From contig OZ243956.1 in assembly GCA_965214405.1 (NCBI GenBank), forward strand, positions 672,001 to 736,000: a stretch of 64,000 nucleotides of DNA. Direction: 5' to 3'. The position numbers and the translations under genes were made by a program. The DNA comes from Trueperaceae bacterium. Lineage in GTDB: Bacteria; Deinococcota; Deinococci; Deinococcales; Trueperaceae. Positions 1 to 10,522 of the stretch are shown in pieces. The first letter of the stretch is position 1. Each line of letters starts with the position of its first letter. The notes under the pieces were generated by a model, which was not told where the DNA came from, did not search any database, and saw only the letters and a list, made by a program, of their open reading frames with translations.

Positions 1-41
1 ACACGGGCTTTGGTGCCCTTATGGGTCTTTAACTTTGGCAT
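1..41 (-). CDS. rpmI: 50S ribosomal protein L35 (5' part; continues past the window edge)
   Basis: Minus strand reads MPKLKTHKGTKAR; AGGAG Shine-Dalgarno upstream; lies downstream of infC. Confidence 0.93.
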   Translation of the reverse strand, partial: MPKLKTHKGTKAR

Positions 42-208
42 TTCTCTCCTTTGCGTGTTCGCAAACGCGGACGCGCGAATGGCTACTTGTTTAGCACTTG
101 ATTTAGTCTTTGCGGTTCTTCTGCTGTTTCTCTGCAGCTCTATAGACGTAACACCTGCAACGTGACATCCCCAACAGTGTAACACTTTATATAACGTACA
201 GGAGACGG

Positions 209-748
209 CTAGCTTGCCTCGCTCGAGTCCTTGGCTTGGTCCCGCGTCGGCGCTAACACCATGTTCATGTCCATCCCGGCGATAACCGGTGCGGACTCGA
301 CGGCGGCCATTTCGGATACGTCTTGGGCCACGCGGTAGAGCAGTTCTTGGCCCAGTTCGGGGTGCGTGCGTTCGCGCCCGCGAAACATGATGGTCGCCCG
401 CACCTTGTGACCGCCCTTTAGGAAGCGGCGGATGTGGTTGACCTTGGTTTCGTAGTCGTGGTCGTCAATCTTGACCCGAAACTTGATGGCCTTCATTTCC
501 TGCTGGCGTGAGCGCTTGCGCGCCTCTTTGTCCTGCTGCTGCTGCTCGTAACGAAACTTGCCGTAGTCCATGAGTTTCGCCACCGGGGGCTGCGCGGTTT
601 CGCCGACCAACACCAAGTCAAGGTCGCGCTCTCTCGCACTTTGAAGCGCGTCGCGCGTGTCGACGATGCCCTGCTGCTCGCCGTCGTCCATGATAAGGCG
701 CACCTGCCGCACCCGTATCTGTTCGTTGATTTTCAGCTCTCTCGCTAT
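209..748 (-). CDS. infC: Translation initiation factor IF-3, probable ATA start
   Basis: INEQIR, DLDLVLV, PPVAKLMDYGKFRYE and IMFRGRE motifs; GGAGG at 757-761 is well spaced to ATA at 748. Confidence 0.97.
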   Translation of the reverse strand: MARELKINEQIRVRQVRLIMDDGEQQGIVDTRDALQSARERDLDLVLVGETAQPPVAKLMDYGKFRYEQQQQDKEARKRSRQQEMKAIKFRVKIDDHDYETKVNHIRRFLKGGHKVRATIMFRGRERTHPELGQELLYRVAQDVSEMAAVESAPVIAGMDMNMVLAPTRDQAKDSSEAS

Positions 749-916
749 GAACAACACCTCCTACGTCACGCTGTGTCACGTCCTCGAGCCTCATGACAAG
801 GCAACCGAGTTATCCAGCGTCCTACTGTAGCAGATTAAGCGCCCAGAAGCAACGTGAGACGAACGTGAAAACCCCCTCCGACACACGTTGGGGGGGCCGC
901 AGGATAAACTCTACTT

Positions 917-1339
917 ATGGCTATCCTTACTGACGTAGACGCCGTTAAACGCACCTTGCTCGAGCACCGCGCCGTCGCGGTGTTGGGCGCGCATCCCAAA
1001 GAACAAAAAGCCGCTTACTACGTGCCCAAGTATCTCGAGGGCGAGGGTTACGAGATTTATCCGGTGAACCCCGTGTACGCGGGTCAAACGCTTTTTGGTA
1101 GGGAGGTCGTGTCGAGCTTAAGCGACTTAGACGCGCCCGTCGACATCGTAGACGTGTTTCGCCGCGCCGAGAGCTTACCCGAGCATGTGGACGACATCTT
1201 GGCGATGGACCCGCCCCCCAAGGTGGTCTGGTTTCAGCTCGGCATCCGCAACGATGAGGTGGCGCAACGGCTTTCCGACGCAGGGCTCGACGTGATTCAG
1301 AGCCGGTGCATGTTGGCGGACCATCAGCGGTTGCTTTAG
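917..1339 (+). CDS. CoA-binding protein (YccU-like)
   Basis: VAVLGA, YPVNP, VDIVDVFR and VWFQLGI motifs; TAAACT 6 nt before ATG. Confidence 0.9.
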   Translation: MAILTDVDAVKRTLLEHRAVAVLGAHPKEQKAAYYVPKYLEGEGYEIYPVNPVYAGQTLFGREVVSSLSDLDAPVDIVDVFRRAESLPEHVDDILAMDPPPKVVWFQLGIRNDEVAQRLSDAGLDVIQSRCMLADHQRLL

Positions 1340-1341
1340 TT

Positions 1342-2511
1342 CTAAATTCCTCCGGCTCTCCACGCAGCTTTTGTGCCTGCGTCCAATCCTTTGGGGAGCT
1401 TCACTTTTTCCGCACCCAGATAATGACGAAACGCGCGTACGGCCCCCTCGAGCGCATCCAACATCTCAGCGTCCGGCGTACCATCCCCTTCCCACCACCA
1501 GGCGTATAAGTGCCAAACTTTGCCGGTGAGCCTCGAGTCCAGCCGCGCCACAAAGCGGTCGCCGTAGAAAACGGGCAAGACGTAATAGCCCCAGGTGCGC
1601 TTCGCTTCGGGTTTATAGACTTCCCAGACGTAGTCGAAACCGAAAAGGTGTTTGACCGTCTTGCGGTCCCAAAGAAGGCTGTCGAGCGGGGCCAAGAACC
1701 TCATGCGCGGGGGTGGGGAAGGGTGCTCGAGCCACGCCAGCACCTCCGGGAGCGCGTGAACAATCGTCCCTTCGACCTCAACTTTAATAAGCGCCCCCTC
1801 TTTCACAAGGTCGGCCATCAGCCGCTTTCGCTCGGCACTCCTGACAGGCAAACTCCAGAGCGCCGCGTCTGCGTTTGGCCTCAACAGCCCAGTCGTCTGG
1901 TGCCGCCGTAAAATGAGCCAGCGCAGGCTCTCCTCTTCAGCAGGACGAGCGTGTAAATACACCTCGGGGATGACCTCTTCAGGCAAACTATAATAATGCC
2001 GCCCCGCCACCCGGTGATGCGTGACAACCTGACCCGTGTCCCACAGCGCCCGCAGGATGTTTTTAACGAGTTTGGGTCCGTACCACGAGCCACGCCAATC
2101 ATCGACGTGCGCTTGGTCGGAGAACTCGAGGCTCGACAGCGGCCCCCGCTCGCGCAGCTCGGAAAGCGTCGCCGCCACCGCCTCCGCGTGTGACTCCAGC
2201 ACCCGCTCGGACCACCGTGCGTGAAAGTGCGCGTGGGTGAGCCTGCGGTAGGGCCAGTCGCTCACCGGGACCAGGCAGGCTTGCTTGTCCCAGGCGTCGT
2301 AAATGAGGCGGTCTCTGTACGCCGTCTTCTCCCAATCGTCCACCCGGTAGTTTGGGACTCGAGCCTGTAAAACCAAATCGTGATTGCGCCCAACCGGCTT
2401 GAGAGGGTCATATTGCACGCTGCCCAAGCGGTTAAATACGCCCGGAACGTCGGTGGGCGTGAAATGATAGCTGGCTAGGAGGCGGCGCGCGTCCCCTTTG
2501 GAGAGCTTCAC
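1342..2511 (-). CDS. YcaQ/AlkZ-family (HTH_42) DNA crosslink glycosylase
   Basis: QYDPL..VGRNHDLVL catalytic QxD, LAPLDSLLWDR, FDYVWEVYKP..KR.WGYYVLP; GTG start overlaps the upstream TGA. Confidence 0.88.
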   Translation of the reverse strand: MKLSKGDARRLLASYHFTPTDVPGVFNRLGSVQYDPLKPVGRNHDLVLQARVPNYRVDDWEKTAYRDRLIYDAWDKQACLVPVSDWPYRRLTHAHFHARWSERVLESHAEAVAATLSELRERGPLSSLEFSDQAHVDDWRGSWYGPKLVKNILRALWDTGQVVTHHRVAGRHYYSLPEEVIPEVYLHARPAEEESLRWLILRRHQTTGLLRPNADAALWSLPVRSAERKRLMADLVKEGALIKVEVEGTIVHALPEVLAWLEHPSPPPRMRFLAPLDSLLWDRKTVKHLFGFDYVWEVYKPEAKRTWGYYVLPVFYGDRFVARLDSRLTGKVWHLYAWWWEGDGTPDAEMLDALEGAVRAFRHYLGAEKVKLPKGLDAGTKAAWRAGGI

Positions 2512-2972
2512 CAGGTGTCGCCCCCCGAAGGCGGCGGCCACACGCCAAGAAGCTGACGGAGGAGTACCATGCGCCCAAAGTGGTAGGCGTTGTGGACGGC
2601 CAAGTCCTCGAGCACGTCCCTCACCGGCACAGCGCGCCCGGCGGAGTTTGACAAACGTTCGGGGTCGCCAGCCATGTGGCGGGCAACCTCTAAGTCACTG
2701 AGAAAGCGCGCCTTTAGAGGTTGCCAGGCCTCGAGGTCTGGGGATTCATCAGGCCAGCCCTCCGCCGCGTGCTCAGGCCAATCGACGCTCTCCCCTTTCG
2801 CCTTTTGAAGCAGCTTGCGCTGCCAAAAGTCCAGGTGCCACAGCTCTTCAAACAGGCTGTGCGGCACGTTTCCGGGGCGCGCGCCGACGTGTTCTACACT
2901 CAGTTCTTCGAGGACGTTTTCGGGCGCGGCAAATGCGGCGGTTTCCGTAAGCAACTTTTGAAGTTCGCTCAT
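2508..2972 (-). CDS. DinB family protein
   Basis: HSLFEELWHLDFWQ and HNAYHFG His motifs. Confidence 0.85.
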   Translation of the reverse strand: MSELQKLLTETAAFAAPENVLEELSVEHVGARPGNVPHSLFEELWHLDFWQRKLLQKAKGESVDWPEHAAEGWPDESPDLEAWQPLKARFLSDLEVARHMAGDPERLSNSAGRAVPVRDVLEDLAVHNAYHFGRMVLLRQLLGVWPPPSGGDTW

Positions 2973-2992
2973 GCACCCATTCTATGCTCACT

Positions 2993-4036
<1,044 letters not shown>

Positions 4037-4180
4037 TTAAGAGGGCTCGAGCCCCAAGATTTCAATGTTTCTGTAACCAACGGCATATCCAAGATTTACT
4101 CCAAATATCGAGAAGCGAGCAGTACAGTCTTCTCGCCCGCTCCGTACCCAGAACCATTTCCTCGCTGACGGCTCATTCAG

Positions 4181-4504
4181 TCAACCATCATACGTTTGTT
4201 GCCAGTCGTAAAAACCCCACGAAAGTAAACTGTCCATGACCCTCCGAATCTGCTCTTCACTTGGCTTAACCGAACCTGGCCCGCCCGGGGTTGTTTGCAC
4301 CTTAAGGATGTCGTCAGCTACAACGTGATAGTCTTCTTCAAACACAAAGGAAACAAACTCCGCCAGGCTTCCCTGAGGCAGCCTAACTACAGCGATGAAA
4401 GCGTAATAAAGCTCATTGGGAACGCCATCTGGATATGCTGCGCGCACAATCTCGTACAAATCGTACAGCCATTTTGGTAGGTCCTTAGCTTTAGCGTGGT
4501 TCAT
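4181..4504 (-). CDS. AT-rich orphan protein, DUF3349-like (AYPDGVP motif)
   Basis: Intact ORF with GAGGAAG upstream; similar to 40351..40752. Confidence 0.65.
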   Translation of the reverse strand: MNHAKAKDLPKWLYDLYEIVRAAYPDGVPNELYYAFIAVVRLPQGSLAEFVSFVFEEDYHVVADDILKVQTTPGGPGSVKPSEEQIRRVMDSLLSWGFYDWQQTYDG

Positions 4505-4575
4505 TTCATTCAACTTCCTCAACTCATTCTATAGGTGCTAAAGGAGCTCTTCGACAGATTCGTCAGAAAATACGT

Positions 4576-4604
4576 TTGACATATTGACATCTCACTATTA
4601 TGCT
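4576..4604 (+). promoter_or_regulatory. Sigma70 promoter of vapBC with a TTGACAT direct repeat (candidate operator)
   Basis: TTGACA-17 nt-TATGCT, 7 nt before ATG 4612; TTGACAT at 4576 and 4584. Confidence 0.7.
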
Positions 4605-4611
4605 TTGATGC

Positions 4612-4857
4612 ATGAGAACAACCATTCGACTCGAAGATTCACTTATGCAGGAGGTAAAACAGTACGCCGCCGAGCGTAACCAAACCCTCACAAGCGTAAT
4701 TGAGGAGGCGTTGAGAGAAAAACTTATGAAGCGCCAAGAGGCAAAGCGACGCGAGCCTTTCAAACTCAAGCCCTTTTCACGAGAAGGCAAGGGGCTCAAA
4801 CCTGGGGTTGACTTAGACAGCAACGCGGCGCTGCTAGACCTGATGGAAGACCGTTGA
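4612..4857 (+). CDS. VapB-type ribbon-helix-helix antitoxin
   Basis: MRTTIRLEDSL...VIEEALR and PGVDLDSNAALLDLME; overlaps the toxin start. Confidence 0.88.
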   Translation: MRTTIRLEDSLMQEVKQYAAERNQTLTSVIEEALREKLMKRQEAKRREPFKLKPFSREGKGLKPGVDLDSNAALLDLMEDR

Positions 4858-5282
4858 TTCTGCTCGACGTGAACGTACTGGTTTACGCGTTTAGACCTGA
4901 CGCGCTCCAGCACGAGCGGTACGCGCAGTACCTCGAGACCCTCGTCAACGAAGAGGGTGCTTTTGGCCTCGCCGATATCGTCTGTAGCGGCTTCCTGAGA
5001 ATCACCACCCATCCCAAAATCTTTACGCCGCCCGCGTTTGTGGAGGAAGCGCTTACCTTTATCGAGGAGATAAGAACACAGCCCAACTGCGTCATCGTCT
5101 CGCCGGGCGAGCGGCACTGGCAAATTTTCACCTCCCTTTGTAAGCAAGTAGAAGCCAAAGGCAATCTTATAGCGGACACCTATCTTGCTGCCCTCGCCAT
5201 TGAATCCGGTAGCGAGTGGGTAACGGCGGACAGAGATTTTGCCCGCTTTCCGGGGCTGCGCTGGCGTCATCCGCTGAGTTAA
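4854..5282 (+). CDS. VapC PIN-domain toxin
   Basis: [21 protein letters not shown] and [12 protein letters not shown] motifs. Confidence 0.92.
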   Translation: MILLDVNVLVYAFRPDALQHERYAQYLETLVNEEGAFGLADIVCSGFLRITTHPKIFTPPAFVEEALTFIEEIRTQPNCVIVSPGERHWQIFTSLCKQVEAKGNLIADTYLAALAIESGSEWVTADRDFARFPGLRWRHPLS

Positions 5283-6163
5283 ACCGCCACAAGCTGCGCC
5301 GCCGCGTACCGCACCACCTTAGCCGGAATATCCACCCCCGTCGTGGTAACCGAGTTGCGAAACTCCATCGTGTGATTGACTTCGACGACTAAAAGGCCGC
5401 CCTCACTCTCGAGCACGTCCACCGCCACCACCCCGCCCCCCACGGCTCGAGCCGCGCGCAAGCACACGTCTGTAAGTTCGTCATACAAGGGGCAGTTCGT
5501 CGCCACCGCGCCCCTGGCCGTGTTGGTTATCCAATGCGCCGAGTGGCGGTAAATCGCGGCGATGACCTCGTCGCCCACCACAAAAGCGCGGATGTCGCGG
5601 CCAGGCTTCTCGACAAATTCTTGAACGTAAAAAACCTTGTGCGCGGGGCCGCCCAGCGTCTCCTTGTGCTCCAAGACCGCCTCAACCGCGTCGCGGTCGT
5701 TGAGCCTCACGACCATCCGGCCCCAGGAGCCCACCACGGGCTTCATCACCACGGGGTAGCCGAAGCGTTCGCAGAGTTCCAACGCTGTTTCGCTGCTAAA
5801 GGCGAGCCCGGTTCGGGGCGTCTTGACGCCCGCTTTTAGCAGCGCCGCGTTCGTCGCACCCTTGTCGCCACAAGTCTCGATGACCGCGGGCCGGTTGATG
5901 ACGGTTGCGCCCAACGCGTCAAACACGCGGCTGAGCGCGAGCCCGCGCGTTTGGGACACGCAGCGCCCTAAGACCACGTCGAAGCGCGCCAGCGCGGACA
6001 TGTCGGAAAAGTCGGCGCTGAGCTGCGGGGCGTAAAGCTTTTCAAACGGAACGCCCTCGCGCTCAAACGCCTCGAACAGCATCCGCTCCTCGGGCCGCAG
6101 CCGGTCGTACAACACCGCGACGCGCGGCGCAGAAAGCGAGGGGGCGCGTTCTAAAACCGGCAC
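5279..6163 (-). CDS. lysX: Alpha-aminoadipate-LysW ligase (ATP-grasp, RimK family)
   Basis: [29 protein letters not shown] and [14 protein letters not shown] overlaps the lysW TAG. Confidence 0.93.
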   Translation of the reverse strand: MPVLERAPSLSAPRVAVLYDRLRPEERMLFEAFEREGVPFEKLYAPQLSADFSDMSALARFDVVLGRCVSQTRGLALSRVFDALGATVINRPAVIETCGDKGATNAALLKAGVKTPRTGLAFSSETALELCERFGYPVVMKPVVGSWGRMVVRLNDRDAVEAVLEHKETLGGPAHKVFYVQEFVEKPGRDIRAFVVGDEVIAAIYRHSAHWITNTARGAVATNCPLYDELTDVCLRAARAVGGGVVAVDVLESEGGLLVVEVNHTMEFRNSVTTTGVDIPAKVVRYAAAQLVAV

Positions 6164-6318
6164 TACTCGCCCCAATCTTCGTCTTCTTCGGGGGCCAGCT
6201 CGAGCCTCAGGGGCTCCGTCCCAATGACCTCCAACTCGCCGCCGCACTCGCCACAGACGATGAGTTCACCGAGTTCTAAACCTTCTTGTTCAACATCGTT
6301 ACCGCATTCTGGACACAT
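6163..6318 (-). CDS. lysW: Amino-group carrier protein LysW (51 aa; absent from the ORF track)
   Basis: MCPECG...VCGECG...[10 protein letters not shown]: two CxxC and the C-terminal EDWGE; AAGGAG RBS. Confidence 0.95.
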   Translation of the reverse strand: MCPECGNDVEQEGLELGELIVCGECGGELEVIGTEPLRLELAPEEDEDWGE

Positions 6319-6440
6319 GGCTGACTCCTTTGAATCTGAATTGTCGTTGAGGATATTTTGGGGTGGGGCTCAAGAGATTTGATCCACTCTCCCCCGGAAA
6401 CTGCCTATGTTTCTTGTAGGACGCGAGAATCGAAACGAAG

Positions 6441-6460
6441 AAAAAGGGCGCTGTAGCGCC
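6441..6460 (-). terminator. Candidate attenuator terminator in the lys leader
   Basis: GGCGC-TACA-GCGCC followed by CTTTTTCTT. Confidence 0.55.
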
Positions 6461-6478
6461 AAGGACGCCGGTACAAAA

Positions 6479-6508
6479 TCAGCCGAGAGGTTTTCGGAGC
6501 GCCTTCAT
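6479..6508 (-). CDS. Candidate leaderless leader peptide MKALRKPLG
   Basis: ATG 7 nt after the -10 box; Lys/Arg codons; hairpin and U-tract follow. Confidence 0.55.
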   Translation of the reverse strand: MKALRKPLG

Positions 6509-6515
6509 GGGGGCT

Positions 6516-6544
6516 ACTCTACGCCGTCAACCCGCGCCTGTCAA
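6516..6544 (-). promoter_or_regulatory. Sigma70 promoter of the lys operon
   Basis: TTGACA-17 nt-TAGAGT. Confidence 0.75.
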
Positions 6545-6686
6545 GTAAAGAAACTGCGTGCTGGACGCGCTTCCTCTTTGTTTTTGTAGGCTGAACTCGA
6601 GCCTCACACAACGAACGAAACCGGCTTCTCCGCCTTCTTTGGATTGTTAAGTCAAAGGGTTCAAAAACCGCAGTTTCAAAAGTCGC

Positions 6687-7097
6687 CTAGACCGGCCAAA
6701 CCCCGTCGGATAAAAGAATCACGCCGGGAGCCTCCAACCTCTCCCGCCGCGCGTAAAGATAGGTCCAGACCGTCTCGCCCGTCGGATAAACTTTGGCAAG
6801 AACGCGGTGGTAGAGGGGCGGCGAGAGGTCGCAGCCCTCGAGCGCGTCTAGATGGGGCAGCGCCGCCTCTATATTTTCAAAATCCAGCATAAAGCCGTAG
6901 ACCCGCCCCTCGCCGAAATCGTCGGGAATCATGGCGGGGTAGGCCTCGGGCTCGAGCGCGTAGAGCCGCATCCCCTCCACATAAGCCTCTCTCGCCGAAA
7001 ACGCGCCGCCGAGCCCTGCTATATAAAAGTTCTTGCCGCCGGGTTTAAGCGTGCCGTAGACAAAAACGGAGGTGGTTTCGGGTAGGGGGTGCGGCAC
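6687..7097 (-). CDS. Gamma-glutamylcyclotransferase family protein
   Basis: VFVYGTLKPG and LDALEG motifs. Confidence 0.88.
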   Translation of the reverse strand: MPHPLPETTSVFVYGTLKPGGKNFYIAGLGGAFSAREAYVEGMRLYALEPEAYPAMIPDDFGEGRVYGFMLDFENIEAALPHLDALEGCDLSPPLYHRVLAKVYPTGETVWTYLYARRERLEAPGVILLSDGVWPV

Positions 7098-7121
7098 GCT
7101 CGAGGCTACAAATCTTTGAGG

Positions 7122-8180
7122 CTACGAATGTACCGAGGTCGGCTCTCGAGCTACTTTTTCTTGAACCATCGGGACGACGCGGGTGCCCAGAAGCTCGATG
7201 GCGCTCAGCATCTTGACGTGCGGCAACAGGACGTTGGTCATCTGAAACGTGATGCGCGACACGCCGCCCAAAACCTCGTTGACATACCTCACCTTTTGCG
7301 TCACTGCGTCCGGGTCGCCAATCAGAAAAGGACCTCCTGGCGCGCACGCGGCGTCAAACTGCGCCCGAGACGGCGGAGCCCAGCCTCTTTCTCTGCCGAT
7401 GGTGGCGATGAGGCGCGCGTAGCCCGGATAAAACGCGTCCGCCGCGCCCTGGCTCGTTTCGCCCACAAAGCCAAACGCGTGGACGCCGACGCGCAACGCC
7501 GCCGCAGGGTGTCCAGCGCGGCGGCCCGCCTCGCGGTAGAGATCGATGAGCGGACGAAAGCGGCGAAAATCCCCGCCGATGATGGCGACCATCAGGGGTA
7601 AACCGAGCGTCCCGGCTCGAGCAAACGACGCAGGCGTGCCGCCGACGCCGACCCAGACAGGTAAAGGGTCCTGTAGCGGACGCGGGTAGACGCCCTGCCC
7701 GGTCAGCGGGGGGCGGTGCCGCCCCGACCAGTGGACGTGCGTGTTCCCGCGGATGTTGAGCAGGAGGTTTAACTTTTCCTCAAAGAGCGAATTGTAATCC
7801 TCTAAGTCAAAGCCGAACAGCGGATACGCCTCGACAGACGACCCGCGACCCACGACCATTTCCGCTCGACCCCTCGAAAGGAGGTCGAGCGTAGCGAAAT
7901 TTTGAAACACGCGCACCGGGTCGTCCGCGCTGAGGACGGTCACGGCGCTCGTCAAGCGGATGCGCTCCGTACGCGACGCCGCCGCCGCGAGAATCATTGT
8001 CGGCGCGGCGTCGAGATATTCTTTGCGGTGGTGTTCGCCCACGCCGAACGAGTGAACGCCGACCTTGTCAGCCATTTCAATCTCTTCAACAAGATTGTTC
8101 AGCCGCTCGCTGGCGCTTAAAGTGACGCCGGTCTCGGGGTCTGAAACCACGGCGGCAAAGCTGTCGATGCCGATTTGCAT
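7122..8180 (-). CDS. LLM-class flavin-dependent oxidoreductase
   Basis: GVGEHHR, RLTSAVTVLSADDPVRV and GRAEMVVGRGS motifs. Confidence 0.92.
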   Translation of the reverse strand: MQIGIDSFAAVVSDPETGVTLSASERLNNLVEEIEMADKVGVHSFGVGEHHRKEYLDAAPTMILAAAASRTERIRLTSAVTVLSADDPVRVFQNFATLDLLSRGRAEMVVGRGSSVEAYPLFGFDLEDYNSLFEEKLNLLLNIRGNTHVHWSGRHRPPLTGQGVYPRPLQDPLPVWVGVGGTPASFARAGTLGLPLMVAIIGGDFRRFRPLIDLYREAGRRAGHPAAALRVGVHAFGFVGETSQGAADAFYPGYARLIATIGRERGWAPPSRAQFDAACAPGGPFLIGDPDAVTQKVRYVNEVLGGVSRITFQMTNVLLPHVKMLSAIELLGTRVVPMVQEKVAREPTSVHS

Positions 8181-8320
8181 AAGGATCTCCAAAGGGGGTG
8201 TGAGGGCTCGAGGCTCTGGCGAGCTACACTGCCTAATCTACTCTACTTAATCAAGTAGTATGTTTTCTAAGTTACACTGTCTGAGCACAAGAATTTAGGA
8301 AAAGACTTTCCTCTTTTTCC

Positions 8321-9034
8321 TCACGTCCCCAACGTCACGACGCCCAGCGGAAACTCGTTCATCCCGTCTACCTGGAGGAGCCGCGCGAGTTCGTCGTCAT
8401 AAAACTCGGCGCGGAAGGTGGCGACTAAATCGAGACCGACCGCCGCCATAACCGCGCACTGCGCCGCCGCGCCCGCTTCCAAATAGAGGTAGCGGTAGGC
8501 GCGGCTCTTGGCCCCGTCGTCGATACGGTTGGGCAGGCCCGTGTAGGCGATGATGGCGGCGCAAGCGTCGATGTCGGTGTCACCCAGAAGCGCGTCCTGC
8601 AAATCAAAAGAGGGGTCGTGGGAGACGAGGTACTCTAAGGAATGCTCGCGCGGGTTGTAGTGGTAAACGCCCGCGAACACCCCCTCGACCTGCCGGACAA
8701 TCAAATAGGTCTCGACCCCCGGCAGGGGCACCGCGCTCGAGCGGGTGCGCCCGCCGCCGTAGGTAAAGCCCGCGGTGGCCCAGAGAATCTGCGACACGTC
8801 GCGCTGGCGTAAGCGGCCGCCCTCGGGGATGCTCTCGCGGGTGGTGGCGAGCGCCGACCACAGGCCCTTGCCGCCTTTGAGGTCGGGCACGGGCAGCGCG
8901 TCGACCTCCAACGGGTTGGCGTAGACCTTGTAGGCCGACACCGCCTTGCCCGTCCGGCCCGGCAATCCGCCCCGGCGGTACTTCGTCTGCGACTGAAAAC
9001 TCGCGCCGATCGACTTGTCTTTGCTGTTGGGCAC
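8321..9034 (-). CDS. Nitroreductase-fold SagB/ThcOx-family protein
   Basis: GVYHYNPREHSL, YRYLYLEAGAAAQ and FYDDEL motifs; GAGGAG RBS before GTG. Confidence 0.82.
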   Translation of the reverse strand: MPNSKDKSIGASFQSQTKYRRGGLPGRTGKAVSAYKVYANPLEVDALPVPDLKGGKGLWSALATTRESIPEGGRLRQRDVSQILWATAGFTYGGGRTRSSAVPLPGVETYLIVRQVEGVFAGVYHYNPREHSLEYLVSHDPSFDLQDALLGDTDIDACAAIIAYTGLPNRIDDGAKSRAYRYLYLEAGAAAQCAVMAAVGLDLVATFRAEFYDDELARLLQVDGMNEFPLGVVTLGT

Positions 9035-9175
9035 TCCGTCTCCTCGCGGTCCCCGTACAAGCCCCCGATGGTGATTCCCCTCGTTTTGAACGAGTTTACC
9101 ATTCCGGCACCGAAAAACGCACCCTGTGTCGCGGGCGCTCACCGCCGCACACGCCTCCCTGATAGCGTAACAGAT

Positions 9176-10141
9176 GTGAAGGAGAAGCTTTTAGACTGGT
9201 TTGGGAAAATCGCGCGCGACCTACCCTGGCGTCGCAACCGCACGCCCTACCGCGTCCTCATCGCCGAAGTGATGCTGCAACAGACGCAGGTGGCGACGGT
9301 GGTGCCCTATTTTGAGAGGTGGTTGGAGCGTTTCCCCACGCTTCAAGCTCTCGCCGACGCGCCCCTGGATGACGTGCTCAAAGCCTGGGAAGGTCTCGGC
9401 TACTACCGCCGCGCGCGGTTCTTACATGAGGCGGCGAAAAAGGTTCATAGGGATTACGGCGGGAATCTTCCCAAAAGCTACGACGAACTCCTCACCCTCC
9501 CCGGCATCGGCACTTATAGCGCCGCCGCCGTCGCCTCGCTCGCCTTTGGTAGTGACGTGCTGGCGGTGGACGGTAATGTTAAGCGGGTCGCCTCGAGGCT
9601 CTTCACGCTCTCTCAGCCAACCGAAAAAGCCGTCAAAGAAGCGCTGCTGCCCCACTTACCCAAGGGTCAGGCGGGCGCTTTCAACGAGGCGCTGATGGAG
9701 TTGGGCGCGCTCGTCTGCACGCCCCGCACGCCCCGCTGCGACGCGTGCCCCGTGTCCGGGCATTGCAAGGCGTTCAGGACGGGCCGCGTGGCCGAGTTTC
9801 CGCCTCCCAAACCGAAGAAAAAGGTGCCTCACATCCGAAGATACGCGCTTATCAAGGTAGATAATGGGCGGCTTTGGCTGAGGCAACGGGGGAAAGATGA
9901 AATGCTGGGCGGGTTGTGGGGTTTTCCTCTATTAGAAGAGGCGTCGGAAGAGGCGGGCAAGGGCGAACGGCTCGAGTACGTCACGCACGCCTACACGCAC
10001 TTCAAAGTTACGGCGACGCCTGTGTTGGTCGCCAAAACTCCCGAAGACGGCGCTTTCGTTCCTATAGAAGACCTCTCCAAGCTCGCACTCTCTAAAGTCG
10101 ACCACAAGATTTTAGAGGTTTATCTGGCATCCCAAAACTGA
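9176..10141 (+). CDS. mutY: A/G-specific adenine glycosylase
   Basis: RDLPWR, EVMLQQTQV, WEGLGYYRRAR, LPGIG, VDGNV and the Cys4 Fe-S motif. Confidence 0.95.
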   Translation: MKEKLLDWFGKIARDLPWRRNRTPYRVLIAEVMLQQTQVATVVPYFERWLERFPTLQALADAPLDDVLKAWEGLGYYRRARFLHEAAKKVHRDYGGNLPKSYDELLTLPGIGTYSAAAVASLAFGSDVLAVDGNVKRVASRLFTLSQPTEKAVKEALLPHLPKGQAGAFNEALMELGALVCTPRTPRCDACPVSGHCKAFRTGRVAEFPPPKPKKKVPHIRRYALIKVDNGRLWLRQRGKDEMLGGLWGFPLLEEASEEAGKGERLEYVTHAYTHFKVTATPVLVAKTPEDGAFVPIEDLSKLALSKVDHKILEVYLASQN

Positions 10142-10210
10142 AGCAGGTAAACATCCATCCCAGCACCCGCGCAAACGCAGAAGCCCGCACGCCCGGTTTA
10201 TGCTGTACGC

Positions 10211-10501
10211 ATGAGCGAACGACACGAACGAGACTTAGGCAGACACCTTTCCGAACTTATCCGCGACCTCAAAGACCCGCGCATCCCCATCGTCGTCACC
10301 GTCGAGCGGGTGCGGCTCAACCCCGACTTCTCCCAGGCCAAGGTGCTGGTGAGCGCGCTCGGCGACAAAGAGGAGTTAGACGACATGGAACACGCCTTAA
10401 ACGGCGCGAGCGGCTTTTTGCAGCGTGAACTGGCGCACGACATGCAGCTACGAAAAACGCCCAAGCTAAGTTTTTCCACCAACCCCGCTGATGTTTTGTA
10501 G
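10211..10501 (+). CDS. rbfA: Ribosome-binding factor A
   Basis: LKDPRI, DFSQAKVLVS and LRKTPKLSF motifs. Confidence 0.9.
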   Translation: MSERHERDLGRHLSELIRDLKDPRIPIVVTVERVRLNPDFSQAKVLVSALGDKEELDDMEHALNGASGFLQRELAHDMQLRKTPKLSFSTNPADVL

Positions 10502-10522
10502 CGTCTCCGTGAGAACAACGTT

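Noticed and set aside
4563..5270. Long antisense ORFs, for example 4563..5270, 56913..57647 and 43930..44565
   Set aside because: They are shadows of well-supported opposite-strand genes in GC-rich DNA and have no recognisable motifs.
8321..9034. RiPP (TOMM) biosynthetic cluster
   Set aside because: The SagB-like gene stands alone, with no YcaO, precursor peptide or dedicated transporter nearby.
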